A DNA stretch of 48,686 nucleotides from a virus. Taxonomy: Duplodnaviria; Heunggongvirae; Uroviricota; Caudoviricetes. Location of the stretch: IMG/VR virus record IMGVR_UViG_643348546_000001. The stretch is one strand, 5' to 3'. A model generated the notes under the pieces. The model was given only the letters and a program-made list of their open reading frames with translations, did not search any database and had not been told where the DNA came from. This document shows, piece by piece, positions 9,158-17,401 of this stretch; the stretch's first letter is position 1; the number at the start of each line of letters is the position of its first letter. The position numbers were made by a program, and so were the translations under genes.

Positions 9158-10293
9158 AGAGATTCTCGTTTTTTATAAAATTCAACAACTGTATCTGCTT
9201 TTACATTTAGCAGTACGCCTGCTTCCCTTAATGGTAATTGTTGAGACATTGCTTTGGAAATTATTATATTCGTAAGTTTTGGACTGTTACGAACAGGTAA
9301 TGTGTTAAAGAAAGAACCACCATTAGATTCTTTTTTGGGCTTATTGTAAGCTTGATCTTTAATTATCTCCAAAGTGTTTCTTTCTATCAAATCTAATTGT
9401 AACGCTTTGATTGCACAAGCGAAATCACTAACCTTAAATAACTTAGAAACCTCTTTTACTCGATAATAATTATTATCGCTGGATGCATTAAGCCAGAAAG
9501 ATTTGAAGAGATTATCAGGCATTAAGATTTCAGCAGCAACTTTATTACAAAAAGATTCTATGTTTTTTTCTGTGTCCCACCCAGAGACTCCATCGACTCC
9601 AAGCCAAAGATGAGCCACCTCATGAAATAATGTAAATACCTGCGCAGATAACGCGTCCGAGCTATTTACAAAAATGATCGGAGCAACGCTATCAGATATA
9701 CAGAAACCACGAAACTCTCGCGTGTCAAGTTTTCTTTTATTATTATTACCCACAACACCATTCTTGAAAACTAATACGCCAGTGTCTTCTATTAATTTTG
9801 CCACTTTAGAAAAATAGCTCTCAAAAGTGACATTTTTTATCTCTTTTTGTATATCAAAATGTATTGTGTTTGCTATGTCTGTAGCAACAACCTTATAATT
9901 TAATTTTCTATTAAATTTAAATTTACCAATAAAATCGAGTGGATCATCATTACCATTTTCTCTTAAATAGTCTTTGTACCACTCAAGTTTATATTCTATA
10001 TCATAGTAAACATCAAAAAAATCTTTTCCTAACTCACGGCTATTTATAGCTTGCCTTAAGTCAGGGATCTTGGGTTTGGCTGGAGTTGGTGGCGTTTCAA
10101 GAAATAAAAAACCGAAAGGGATTCCTCCAATTTTTGCCAGTTTTTCTGCTGCGGATTTACTTACCACTCCGTTAAGAAATTTATTAATCTTTTTGGGCAT
10201 GACTTGGTCAGCAAGAGTTTCGATAGAAACTCCTTGAGAATTTGCTATCCAATCAATCATCTTCCTAGACAATTGAAATTCAACCGCTGCCAT
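9154..10293 (-). CDS. HTH-domain / ImmA-IrrE-family (COG2856-like) zinc metallopeptidase protein
   Basis: 379-aa ORF; HExxH motif (FHEVAHLWLG) in the middle, HTH-like N-terminal segment; AGGTGA RBS 4 nt before the ATG; very AT-rich. Confidence 0.65.
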   Translation of the reverse strand: MAAVEFQLSRKMIDWIANSQGVSIETLADQVMPKKINKFLNGVVSKSAAEKLAKIGGIPFGFLFLETPPTPAKPKIPDLRQAINSRELGKDFFDVYYDIEYKLEWYKDYLRENGNDDPLDFIGKFKFNRKLNYKVVATDIANTIHFDIQKEIKNVTFESYFSKVAKLIEDTGVLVFKNGVVGNNNKRKLDTREFRGFCISDSVAPIIFVNSSDALSAQVFTLFHEVAHLWLGVDGVSGWDTEKNIESFCNKVAAEILMPDNLFKSFWLNASSDNNYYRVKEVSKLFKVSDFACAIKALQLDLIERNTLEIIKDQAYNKPKKESNGGSFFNTLPVRNSPKLTNIIISKAMSQQLPLREAGVLLNVKADTVVEFYKKRESL

Positions 10294-10422
10294 GTTATCA
10301 CCTAGTTAAAAAAAACTATTATTCAACAATTATTGTTGTGCACCTGATAGCTAACGTCAAGCCTAATTTATTGCCTTACTACAGTAAGCTGAAAAGCGAA
10401 GTGCATAATTTTGTTCTGATTT

Positions 10423-11115
10423 CTACCCATGCTTTCTATATGTCTGCGGCATGCTCCCGATGACTTTCCCGAAGATGAACACGCGGTTCATCTCGTCTTT
10501 CTCGATCGGGTCCCACGGTGAGTAGCTCTTGTTATCAGAGATAACCAGCAGCTTATCCTTCATCATTTGCAGGCGTTTTACATGGGCGGTGTCGTCATAC
10601 AGAAACGCATAGATACCATCACCGTCGAAAGATTTAACCGTGATATCAACGAACAGCAGATCACCTGGTTCGATCGTTCCTGACATGCTGTCACCACGCA
10701 CGTTAATGATGCGGATATTTTCCGCCTTCCTGCCATCGAACATGTGACGAGCATCGTCAAACGAGTATTCAACCGAGCGTAGAACTTCTACAAACTCACG
10801 GTTGATTACACCCGGCCCGGCACTGACTTCTATATCAAGAACGTCAATTTTGAAGTATTTGGAATGGCTGACAGCAGGCTTCCCTGATTGTTGACCGTCA
10901 TTTCTCATCGGGCCTATGCCTGAAGAGAGCCATTCTGTTCGAACACCCAATGCATTAGCTATTTCAACAATTTTTGTTGAGCCGCGCGCGTTGCCGCTTG
11001 TCAGTCTCCAGATTGTGGGTTGAGCTACGCCAGACGCCTTTGCAAGAGCGCCTTGAGACATTCCAGATTGTTCCATCGCTAGATTTAAGCGATCAGCAAG
11101 AGTTTCTTTTTTCAT
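10423..11115 (-). CDS. cI: CI-like prophage repressor (HTH + S24 LexA-like autopeptidase domain)
   Basis: Start assigned to the ATG at 11115 (the longer ORF starts with TTG); N-terminal HTH (LADRLNLAMEQSGMSQGALAKASGVAQPTIWRL), C-terminal Ser/Lys dyad context (RGDSMSGTIEPGDLLFVD ... KRL); not lambda cI by sequence; mRNA appears leaderless from PRM. Confidence 0.85.
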   Translation of the reverse strand: MKKETLADRLNLAMEQSGMSQGALAKASGVAQPTIWRLTSGNARGSTKIVEIANALGVRTEWLSSGIGPMRNDGQQSGKPAVSHSKYFKIDVLDIEVSAGPGVINREFVEVLRSVEYSFDDARHMFDGRKAENIRIINVRGDSMSGTIEPGDLLFVDITVKSFDGDGIYAFLYDDTAHVKRLQMMKDKLLVISDNKSYSPWDPIEKDEMNRVFIFGKVIGSMPQTYRKHG

Positions 11116-11225
11116 AAGTTTTAATTTATACGCTTGCGTATTGATGGTCAAAACACGTTTTGCTATTGCTTGGATTAATACGCATTGCTATTATTCATTC
11201 ATTGCAATACCAATAGGAATTGATA
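11116..11225. promoter_or_regulatory. Divergent PRM/PR promoters with operator repeats (OR)
   Basis: PR (plus strand): -35 TTGCTT 11166-11171, 17-nt spacer, -10 TATTAT 11189-11194. PRM (minus strand): -35 TTGACC (11144-11149), 17-nt spacer, -10 TAAATT (11122-11127), placing the transcript start about at the cI ATG. Palindrome TACGCTTGCGTA 11129-11140 and TTGCTATTGCT-type repeats. Confidence 0.6.
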
Positions 11226-11453
11226 ATGACAAATCAAACCATTCAACTCGCAATCAGTATTACAGGCAGTCAAAAACGACTGGCAGATCTATGCGGTGTA
11301 GCCCAACCCACAGTTTGGCGTTGGCTACACGGTGGCGGAATTGATGCCCGCTATGTAATGAAAATTGTCTCAGCCACTGGTGGAAAGATTAAACCAGCAG
11401 ATATTCGTCCCGACCTCGCACCATTGTTTAACGCGAGTAATTCTGCCGCCTAA
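11226..11453 (+). CDS. cro: Cro/YdaS-like HTH regulator
   Basis: ATG at 11226 after AGGA; HTH-like QKRLADLCGVAQPTVWRWLHGG; first gene of the rightward operon opposite the repressor. Confidence 0.8.
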   Translation: MTNQTIQLAISITGSQKRLADLCGVAQPTVWRWLHGGGIDARYVMKIVSATGGKIKPADIRPDLAPLFNASNSAA

Positions 11454-11477
11454 ACTGCGGCGTTAACTGATAAGGCA

Positions 11478-12023
11478 ATGACTATGCAACCACTTACATA
11501 CCAACAGACTAGCGGATTTAGCCCGACTGCGGTGATAAATCGTTCTCAAACAAAACAGGTGGCAGGCCACGAAAAAATCCGTGATGCCGTCCGCGCCTGG
11601 TCGGCTGTAGATAATCAGGATGTCGTTGCCACACTCATTGTGAATGAGTATCGGGAGCAGGGCGGCGGCACCATCGATTTCCCTGATGATGTCAGCCGTG
11701 CACGCCAGAAGCTGTTCCGCTTCCTCGATAACAAATTCGATTCTGAAAAATACCGAAATAACGTGCGTGAACTGACCCCGGCAATTCTGGCGGTACTACC
11801 GCTGGAATATCGCGGTTACCTGGTTGAGCAGGATAGCTTCATGGCTAGGTTGGCTGAAATGGAAAAGGAACTCAGTGAGGCAAAACAGGCTGTCATTCTC
11901 AACGCACCACGCCACCAGAAACTGAAGGAAATTAGTGAAGGTATTGTATCGATGTTTCGTGTGGACCCAGATCTGGCTGGTCCATTGATGGCGATGGTTA
12001 CTACCATGCTGGGGGCGATATGA
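11478..12023 (+). CDS. YdaT-family protein (CII-position regulator)
   Basis: 181-aa ORF; NEYREQGGG...RELTPAILAVLPLEYR parallels remembered Rac YdaT (EEYLRQGGG...QKLIPAILAILPRELR). Confidence 0.6.
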   Translation: MTMQPLTYQQTSGFSPTAVINRSQTKQVAGHEKIRDAVRAWSAVDNQDVVATLIVNEYREQGGGTIDFPDDVSRARQKLFRFLDNKFDSEKYRNNVRELTPAILAVLPLEYRGYLVEQDSFMARLAEMEKELSEAKQAVILNAPRHQKLKEISEGIVSMFRVDPDLAGPLMAMVTTMLGAI

Positions 12024-12109
12024 CAGGTTCAGAAATGGCGAAAGCCGGTCTGCTGGAACAGAACCGACTTTCAGGTGCAAATCGTAACACACTCATTGCG
12101 GGAGGAATT

Positions 12110-13039
12110 ATGGCAAACACTGCTGAGATATTCAATTTTCCAGTGCCGGATGCGGCACAAAAGGAGCCGCGCGTGGCAGATCTCGATGATGGTTATACGC
12201 GCATTGCAAATGAGTTGCTGGAAGCTGTGATGCTGGCCGGATTAACACAGCACCAGCTTCTGGTCTTCCTGGCTGTCATGCGCAAAACATATGGCTTTAA
12301 TAAAAAACTGGATTGGGTGAGCAACGAGCAACTGTCCGGATTGACCGGGATATTACCGCACAAGTGTTCTGCTGCAAAAAGTGTTCTGGTAAAGCGTGGG
12401 ATTTTGATTCAGAGCGGGCGGAATATCGGTATTAATAATGTGGTCAGTGAATGGTCAACATTACCCGAATCAGGTAAGAAAAATAAAGTTTACCTGAAAG
12501 AGGTAAATTTACCTGAATCAGGTAAGAAAAGTTTACCCAAATCAGGTAAAGGCGTTTACCCGAATCAGGTAAACACAAAAGACAAACTAACAAAAGACAA
12601 TATAAAACCTTTTTCGTCCGAGAATTCTGGCGAATCCTCTGACCAACCAGAAAACGATCTTCCTGTGGTGAAACCAGATGCTGCAATTCAGAGCGGCAGC
12701 AAGTGGGGGACAGCAGAAGACCTGACCGCCGCAGAGTGGATGTTTGACATGGTGAAGACCATCGCACCATCAGCCAGAAAACCGAATTTTGCAGGGTGGG
12801 CTAACGATATCCGCCTGATGCGTGAACGTGACGGACGTAACCACCGCGACATGTGCGTGCTTTTCCGCTGGGCATGCCAGGACAACTTCTGGTCCGGTAA
12901 CGTGCTAAGTCCGGCCAAACTCCGCGACAAGTGGACCCAACTCGAAATCAACCGTAACAAGCAACAGGCAGGCATGATAGCCAGCAAACCAAAACTCGAC
13001 CTGACAAACACTGACTGGATTTACGGGGTGGATTTATGA
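12110..13039 (+). CDS. O: Replication initiator O (chimeric: non-lambda N-terminal origin-binding domain, lambda-like C-terminal P-interaction domain)
   Basis: ATG at 12110 after GGAGGAATT; C-terminal about 130 aa match lambda O (SENSGESSDQPENDL...TNTDWIYGVDL); N-terminal half differs; iterons embedded in the gene. Confidence 0.9.
   Translation: MANTAEIFNFPVPDAAQKEPRVADLDDGYTRIANELLEAVMLAGLTQHQLLVFLAVMRKTYGFNKKLDWVSNEQLSGLTGILPHKCSAAKSVLVKRGILIQSGRNIGINNVVSEWSTLPESGKKNKVYLKEVNLPESGKKSLPKSGKGVYPNQVNTKDKLTKDNIKPFSSENSGESSDQPENDLPVVKPDAAIQSGSKWGTAEDLTAAEWMFDMVKTIAPSARKPNFAGWANDIRLMRERDGRNHRDMCVLFRWACQDNFWSGNVLSPAKLRDKWTQLEINRNKQQAGMIASKPKLDLTNTDWIYGVDL
12461..12615 (+). repeat. Replication origin: five 18-19 bp iterons (TTTACC[C/T]GAA[A/T]CAGGTAA[A/G] type) followed by an AT-rich segment
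   Basis: Iterons at 12461-12477, 12489-12507, 12508-12526, 12532-12550, 12555-12573, each an internal inverted repeat TTACC..GGTAA, then the A-rich tract CACAAAAGACAAACTAACAAAAGACAATATAAAACC. Confidence 0.85.
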
Positions 13040-13737
13040 AAAACATCGCCGCACAGATGGTTAACTTTGACCGTGAGCAGATGCGTCGGATCGCCAACAA
13101 CATGCCGGAACAGTACGACGAAAAGCCACAGGTACAGCAGGTAGCGCAGTTCATCAACGGTGTATTCAGCCAGTTGCTGGCAACTTTCCCGGCGAGCCTG
13201 GCTAACCGTGACCAGAATGAACTGAACGAAATCCGCCGCCAGTGGGTGCTGGCTTTTCGGGAAAACGGGATCACCACAATGGAACAGGTTAACGCTGGAA
13301 TGCGCGTAGCCCGTCGGCAGAATCGACCATTCCTGCCATCACCCGGGCAGTTTGTCGCCTGGTGCCGGGAAGAAGCATCCGTTAACGCCGGGCTGCCAAA
13401 CGCCAGCGAGCTGGTTGATATGGTTTACGAGTATTGCCGGAAGCGTGGCCTTTATCCGGATGCAGAGTCTTATCCATGGAAATCAAACGCGCACTACTGG
13501 TTGGTTACCAACCTGTATCAGAACATGCGGGCCAATGCGCTGACTGATGCGGAATTACGGCGCAAGGCTGCCGATGAACTGACTTGTATGACCGCGCGAA
13601 TTAATCGTGGTGAGGCGATACCTGAACCAGTAAAACAACTTCCTGTCATGGGCGGTAGACCACTTAACCGGGCTCAGGCTCTGGCGAAGATCGCAGAAAT
13701 CAAAGCTAAGTTCGGACTGAAAGGAGCCAGTGTATGA
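13036..13737 (+). CDS. P: Replication protein P (DnaB helicase loader)
   Basis: 233-aa ORF near-identical to lambda P (MKNIAAQMVNFDREQMRRIANNMPEQYDEKPQVQQ...). Confidence 0.96.
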   Translation: MKNIAAQMVNFDREQMRRIANNMPEQYDEKPQVQQVAQFINGVFSQLLATFPASLANRDQNELNEIRRQWVLAFRENGITTMEQVNAGMRVARRQNRPFLPSPGQFVAWCREEASVNAGLPNASELVDMVYEYCRKRGLYPDAESYPWKSNAHYWLVTNLYQNMRANALTDAELRRKAADELTCMTARINRGEAIPEPVKQLPVMGGRPLNRAQALAKIAEIKAKFGLKGASV

Positions 13738-14027
13738 CAGGCAAAGAGGCAATTCTTCACTACCTGAAAACGCACCGGACTTTCTGCGCGCCGGATGTAG
13801 CTGCGGCAACAGGCGTGACTGTAACCAGCATCAATCAGGCAGCAGCCAAAATGGCACGGGCAGGAATCCTGGTCGTTGATCGCAAGGTCTGGCGAACGGT
13901 GTATTACCGGTTCGCTACCAGGGAGGAGCGGGAAGGAAAGGTGAGCACGAACCTGATTTTCAAGGAGTGTCGCCAGAGTGCCGTGATGAAACGGGTATTG
14001 ATGTTTTGGGGGAGGGGAGGGGTATAA
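13734..14027 (+). CDS. ren: Ren exclusion protein
   Basis: 97-aa ORF matching lambda Ren (MTGKEAI.HYL.TH..FCAPDVAA.TG.TVTSINQAAAKMARAG...). Confidence 0.9.
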   Translation: MTGKEAILHYLKTHRTFCAPDVAAATGVTVTSINQAAAKMARAGILVVDRKVWRTVYYRFATREEREGKVSTNLIFKECRQSAVMKRVLMFWGRGGV

Positions 14028-14315
14028 GCGAAACGTTATGAGTGTGTGGGTATTCGTGCCATTGCGATGTGGTAGAGAGTGCTGAGGGCGTCATGGTTGT
14101 GTTGCGAAAACTACGTTGCACTTGAGCAGGATCTTGCAGAATTTGAGCGCGAGTTCCGTGTTGCTGATGCGACTATACCCTCGATGTAGAGGAACTTAAT
14201 TAGCTGATTGTAATTCAATATGCCTACTAAGACCGGTTGGGTATGAACTAGTAAAGGCTGCAAAATCCTATAGAGTGTTAACGCAACCAAAAACGTTAAG
14301 CACGGAGAAAAAAAT

Positions 14316-15068
14316 ATGGATCCTAAATTACTGTATGCCACGTTTAAACGAAATGACGCACCAGCTTGGCGCTGCCCGAACTGTATGAATGAAACACTGG
14401 AGATTGTCGCTGATAGTTTTGTAGAAACTGATTCAAGCGCAACAACTCAGTTTAGAGATGAAGTATGGTTTGATGAGGAAATGTCGGGAGGAGTATTCAG
14501 TTGCGTGCTGCGCTGTACCCGCCAAGCCTGCCAGGAGAAGGTTGCTTTGTCTGGGCAGGTTGTTGCTGTAGAATGCTTCAATGACGAAATGACGGAGCGT
14601 TGGTATGTTTCTGGTTTCCGTCCTAAGTATTTCTATCCACCACTTCCTCTATTCCTGTTTCCTGAAAAGTGCCCTGAAGATATAGCTGATCTCTTGGCGG
14701 AAGTATCAGCTCTGATCCCCTCGCACCCAGCTTCAGCGGTGAACACCATGAGAACCATACTGGAGATGATGCTTGATAGTCTTGATGTACCAAGAGAGAA
14801 AACAGTTAAAGGCAAGATAATACGTCTTTCTACGCATGAAAGAATCACAAATTATTCAGATAAACTGGGACCAAATAAAGATGCATTCATGGCGTTAAAG
14901 TGGTTGGGGAATCACGGCAGTCATGGAGGGATTAAAGTCACAAGGTCCTCTATTAATGATGCCTGCATTCTCATTGGTCATTTGATTGACTTCTTATTCT
15001 TAGAAAGCCCGGATGTAACTATTCATATTGAACGGATAAACAACGTGTATGCACCCAAAAAGGAGTAA
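14316..15068 (+). CDS. Hypothetical protein with N-terminal zinc-ribbon-like CxxC motifs (cargo gene)
   Basis: 250-aa ORF; GGAG RBS before the ATG at 14316; WRCPNCMNE...SCVLRCTRQACQEK cysteine cluster; lies in an insertion between ren and the nin block; inverted repeat TTAACG-N10-CGTTAA just upstream. Confidence 0.7.
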   Translation: MDPKLLYATFKRNDAPAWRCPNCMNETLEIVADSFVETDSSATTQFRDEVWFDEEMSGGVFSCVLRCTRQACQEKVALSGQVVAVECFNDEMTERWYVSGFRPKYFYPPLPLFLFPEKCPEDIADLLAEVSALIPSHPASAVNTMRTILEMMLDSLDVPREKTVKGKIIRLSTHERITNYSDKLGPNKDAFMALKWLGNHGSHGGIKVTRSSINDACILIGHLIDFLFLESPDVTIHIERINNVYAPKKE

Positions 15069-15079
15069 AACGTAACGCC

Positions 15080-15328
15080 ATGTCGAAGCGGAATATTGCC
15101 GCTAAAACACAAGAAGAGCGCGAGAAGGTTAACGTTGACCTTGCTGTCTCCTGAGTTACCTACAAAGAGCGCCTTAATATACCGGTTATTGCCGAAGCGG
15201 TGATGCGTGAGCAGCCTGAGCATTTGCGGGACTATTTTTTGGAGCGGCCACGACATTACCGCGAGCAGAGCATCGCGCTGCCCAAGGCATCCGCTCCTCG
15301 ACATCTTAAGCAGGAAGGTGAAAAATGA
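15080..15328 (+). pseudogene. Small ORF (83 codons) interrupted by one in-frame TGA; its terminal TGA overlaps the ATG of the downstream gene
   Basis: [81 protein letters not shown]; internal TGA at 15152-15154; ATGA overlap with the next gene at 15325-15328. Confidence 0.45.
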
Positions 15329-15807
15329 TAAGTGCAGAAGGACTGCAGCGGTTACTTAATTTATCGGAGCCTCCATCTGATGAACTGATTGATGTTTATC
15401 TTCAATTCTGCATGATTTTTCCTAGGGTCGAGCAAAGTTTTTTTGGTGGCTTTGCTAAGGGGGAAGACAGTTTAAATTATGCGCGAACGTTACTTGACGC
15501 CGGGATAAAGGTGCCCAACGAACTTTTTCACGATTTTAAGCAGAGATACATTTTGAATGGGGATGCGCAGGAAAGACTTGACGCCCTCTGTGTCGGTCGA
15601 GAGAGAGATAGGCGGGGAATAGTTAATGGACTTCAAAATGACGCAGCAACAGATCTAAACACCATGTCTACAGTATTAAAGATAGTTATAAGGATAAGAA
15701 ATAACCTTTTCCACGGAAATAAAGACGCTTATCTTTTTGTTGATTCTCAAGAGCAAGCGCAACTATTGAGGTGGTGCGTGAGATTTCTCCAAGGATTATT
15801 AAATTAA
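15325..15807 (+). CDS. Hypothetical protein with HEPN-like R-x4-H motif (candidate RNase effector)
   Basis: 160-aa ORF; C-terminal region carries [15 protein letters not shown] (R-N-x-x-x-H) as in HEPN-superfamily RNases; start overlaps the upstream small ORF stop. Confidence 0.6.
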   Translation: MISAEGLQRLLNLSEPPSDELIDVYLQFCMIFPRVEQSFFGGFAKGEDSLNYARTLLDAGIKVPNELFHDFKQRYILNGDAQERLDALCVGRERDRRGIVNGLQNDAATDLNTMSTVLKIVIRIRNNLFHGNKDAYLFVDSQEQAQLLRWCVRFLQGLLN

Positions 15808-15996
15808 TCTACCTTTGATTTTCCATAATCAACCAGCAATAATAATGTCACCGGAGCCTGAACAACATCGGTGACTTCTGCGCTAAACGGGGACGTTTAT
15901 GCGCACATACAATCTAAACTCTCTTTTGCTGTCACAGATGCAGAAATGCACCTGCGATTTTTTGCATCCAGCGTTTGACCTCTGCGGAGGTGAATC

Positions 15997-16452
15997 GTGA
16001 ACCTCCTACAAGATGGCATCAAATTGCATCGTGGTAACTTCACCGCTATCGGTCAGCAGATCCAGCCTTATCTGGAGGACGGCAAATGCTTTCGCATGGT
16101 GCTTAAACCGTGGCGCGAGAGACGCAGTCTTTCCCAGAATGCACTCAGCCACATGTGGTACAGCGAAATCAGTGAATACCTCATCAGCAGGGGTAAAACG
16201 TTCGCCACTCCACCTTGGGTAAAAGATGCTCTCAAACACACTTATCTCGGTTATGAAACCAAAGAACTGGTTGATGTCGTAACCGGTGAAATCACCACCA
16301 TTCAGTCATTACGTCATACCTCCGATCTCGATACCGGAGAGATGTATGTCTTCCTGTGTAAGGTTGAAGCCTGGGCGATGAATATTGGCTGCCACCTGAC
16401 TATTCCGCAGAGCTGCGAGTTCCAGCTGCTCCGCGACAAGCAGGAGGCGTAA
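15997..16452 (+). CDS. ybcN: YbcN-like protein of the nin region (DLP12 YbcN family)
   Basis: 151-aa ORF, GTG start after GGAGG; placement and length match DLP12 ybcN preceding ninE-ybcO-rusA. Confidence 0.7.
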   Translation: MNLLQDGIKLHRGNFTAIGQQIQPYLEDGKCFRMVLKPWRERRSLSQNALSHMWYSEISEYLISRGKTFATPPWVKDALKHTYLGYETKELVDVVTGEITTIQSLRHTSDLDTGEMYVFLCKVEAWAMNIGCHLTIPQSCEFQLLRDKQEA

Positions 16453-16622
16453 TGGCTACACCGCTTATTCGTGTCATGAACGGACACATCTACAGAGTAT
16501 CTAATCGTCGTAAGCGTAAGCCTGAGCTGAAGCCATCCGAAATACCAACACTGCTCGGATATACCGCTAGCCTGGTTGATAAAAAATGGTTGCGACTGGC
16601 AGCAAGGAGGAATCATGGCTGA
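16452..16622 (+). CDS. ninE: NinE-like small protein
   Basis: 56-aa ORF not on the supplied track ([56 protein letters not shown]); resembles lambda NinE (RNKRKPIPKE...WLRRRARK); start overlaps the ybcN stop (TAATG). Confidence 0.6.
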   Translation: MATPLIRVMNGHIYRVSNRRKRKPELKPSEIPTLLGYTASLVDKKWLRLAARRNHG

Positions 16623-16905
16623 TTTGAGAAAAGCAGCGCGTGGTCGGGAATGCCAGGTAAGAATCCCTGGCGTATGTAATGGCAATTCTGAGACGTCTGT
16701 ACTGGCACATATCCGGCTGGCTGGATTGTGCGGTACCGGTATCAAACCGCCAGACCTGATTGCCACCATTGCATGTTCTGCCTGCCACGACGAAATCGAC
16801 CGCCGCACGCATTTTGTTGACGCTGGATATGCAAAAGAATGCGCGCTGGAAGGTATGGCGAGAACGCAGGTTATCTGGCTGAAAGAGGGGGTAATTAAGG
16901 CGTGA
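16615..16905 (+). CDS. ybcO: YbcO-like protein (DUF1364; predicted nuclease of the nin region)
   Basis: Start at the ATG at 16615 after AGGAGG; sequence [24 protein letters not shown]...[11 protein letters not shown] matches remembered DLP12 YbcO. Confidence 0.85.
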   Translation: MADLRKAARGRECQVRIPGVCNGNSETSVLAHIRLAGLCGTGIKPPDLIATIACSACHDEIDRRTHFVDAGYAKECALEGMARTQVIWLKEGVIKA

Positions 16906-17264
16906 ATACTTACCACATCACACTACCCTGGCCGCCGAGCAATAACCGCTACTACCGCCATAATCGAGGGCGCACGCACATCAGCGCAGAAGGGCAGGCA
17001 TACCGCGATAACGTCGCCCGAATCATTAAAGGCTCAATGCTGGATATCGGTCTGGCTATGCCTGTGAAAATCCGCATTGAGTGCCACATGCCGGATCGCC
17101 GTCGCCGTGACCTGGATAATCTGCAAAAAGCCGCTTTTGACGCACTCACTAAAGCAGGTTTCTGGCTGGATGATGAGCTGGTCGTTGATTACCGCGTTGT
17201 GAAGATGCCTGTTACCAAAGGTGGGAAGCTGGAACTGACCATCACTGAACTGGGAGATGAATGA
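16902..17264 (+). CDS. rusA: Holliday-junction resolvase RusA
   Basis: 120-aa ORF matching remembered DLP12 RusA ([25 protein letters not shown]...). Confidence 0.93.
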   Translation: MNTYHITLPWPPSNNRYYRHNRGRTHISAEGQAYRDNVARIIKGSMLDIGLAMPVKIRIECHMPDRRRRDLDNLQKAAFDALTKAGFWLDDELVVDYRVVKMPVTKGGKLELTITELGDE

Positions 17265-17401
17265 TGTTTGAGTCTTATATGGCAGAACTTCTTCGCCACC
17301 GCTGGATGCGCCTGCGCTTATATCGTTTCCCCAGTTCTGTTTTGACCGATTACCGAATACTGAGGAATTACGCCAAAACCCTGACAGGAGCAGGAGTATG
17401 A
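17261..17401 (+). CDS. ylcG: YlcG-like small protein
   Basis: 46-aa ORF not on the track ([46 protein letters not shown]); matches remembered DLP12 YlcG; overlaps the rusA stop. Confidence 0.75.
   Translation: MMFESYMAELLRHRWMRLRLYRFPSSVLTDYRILRNYAKTLTGAGV

Noticed and set aside
12461-12573. Possible CRISPR array (regularly spaced direct repeats)
   Set aside because: The repeats are 18-19 bp internal palindromes packed with only 4-11 bp between them inside the O gene and followed by an AT-rich tract: these are origin iterons. No cas genes are present.
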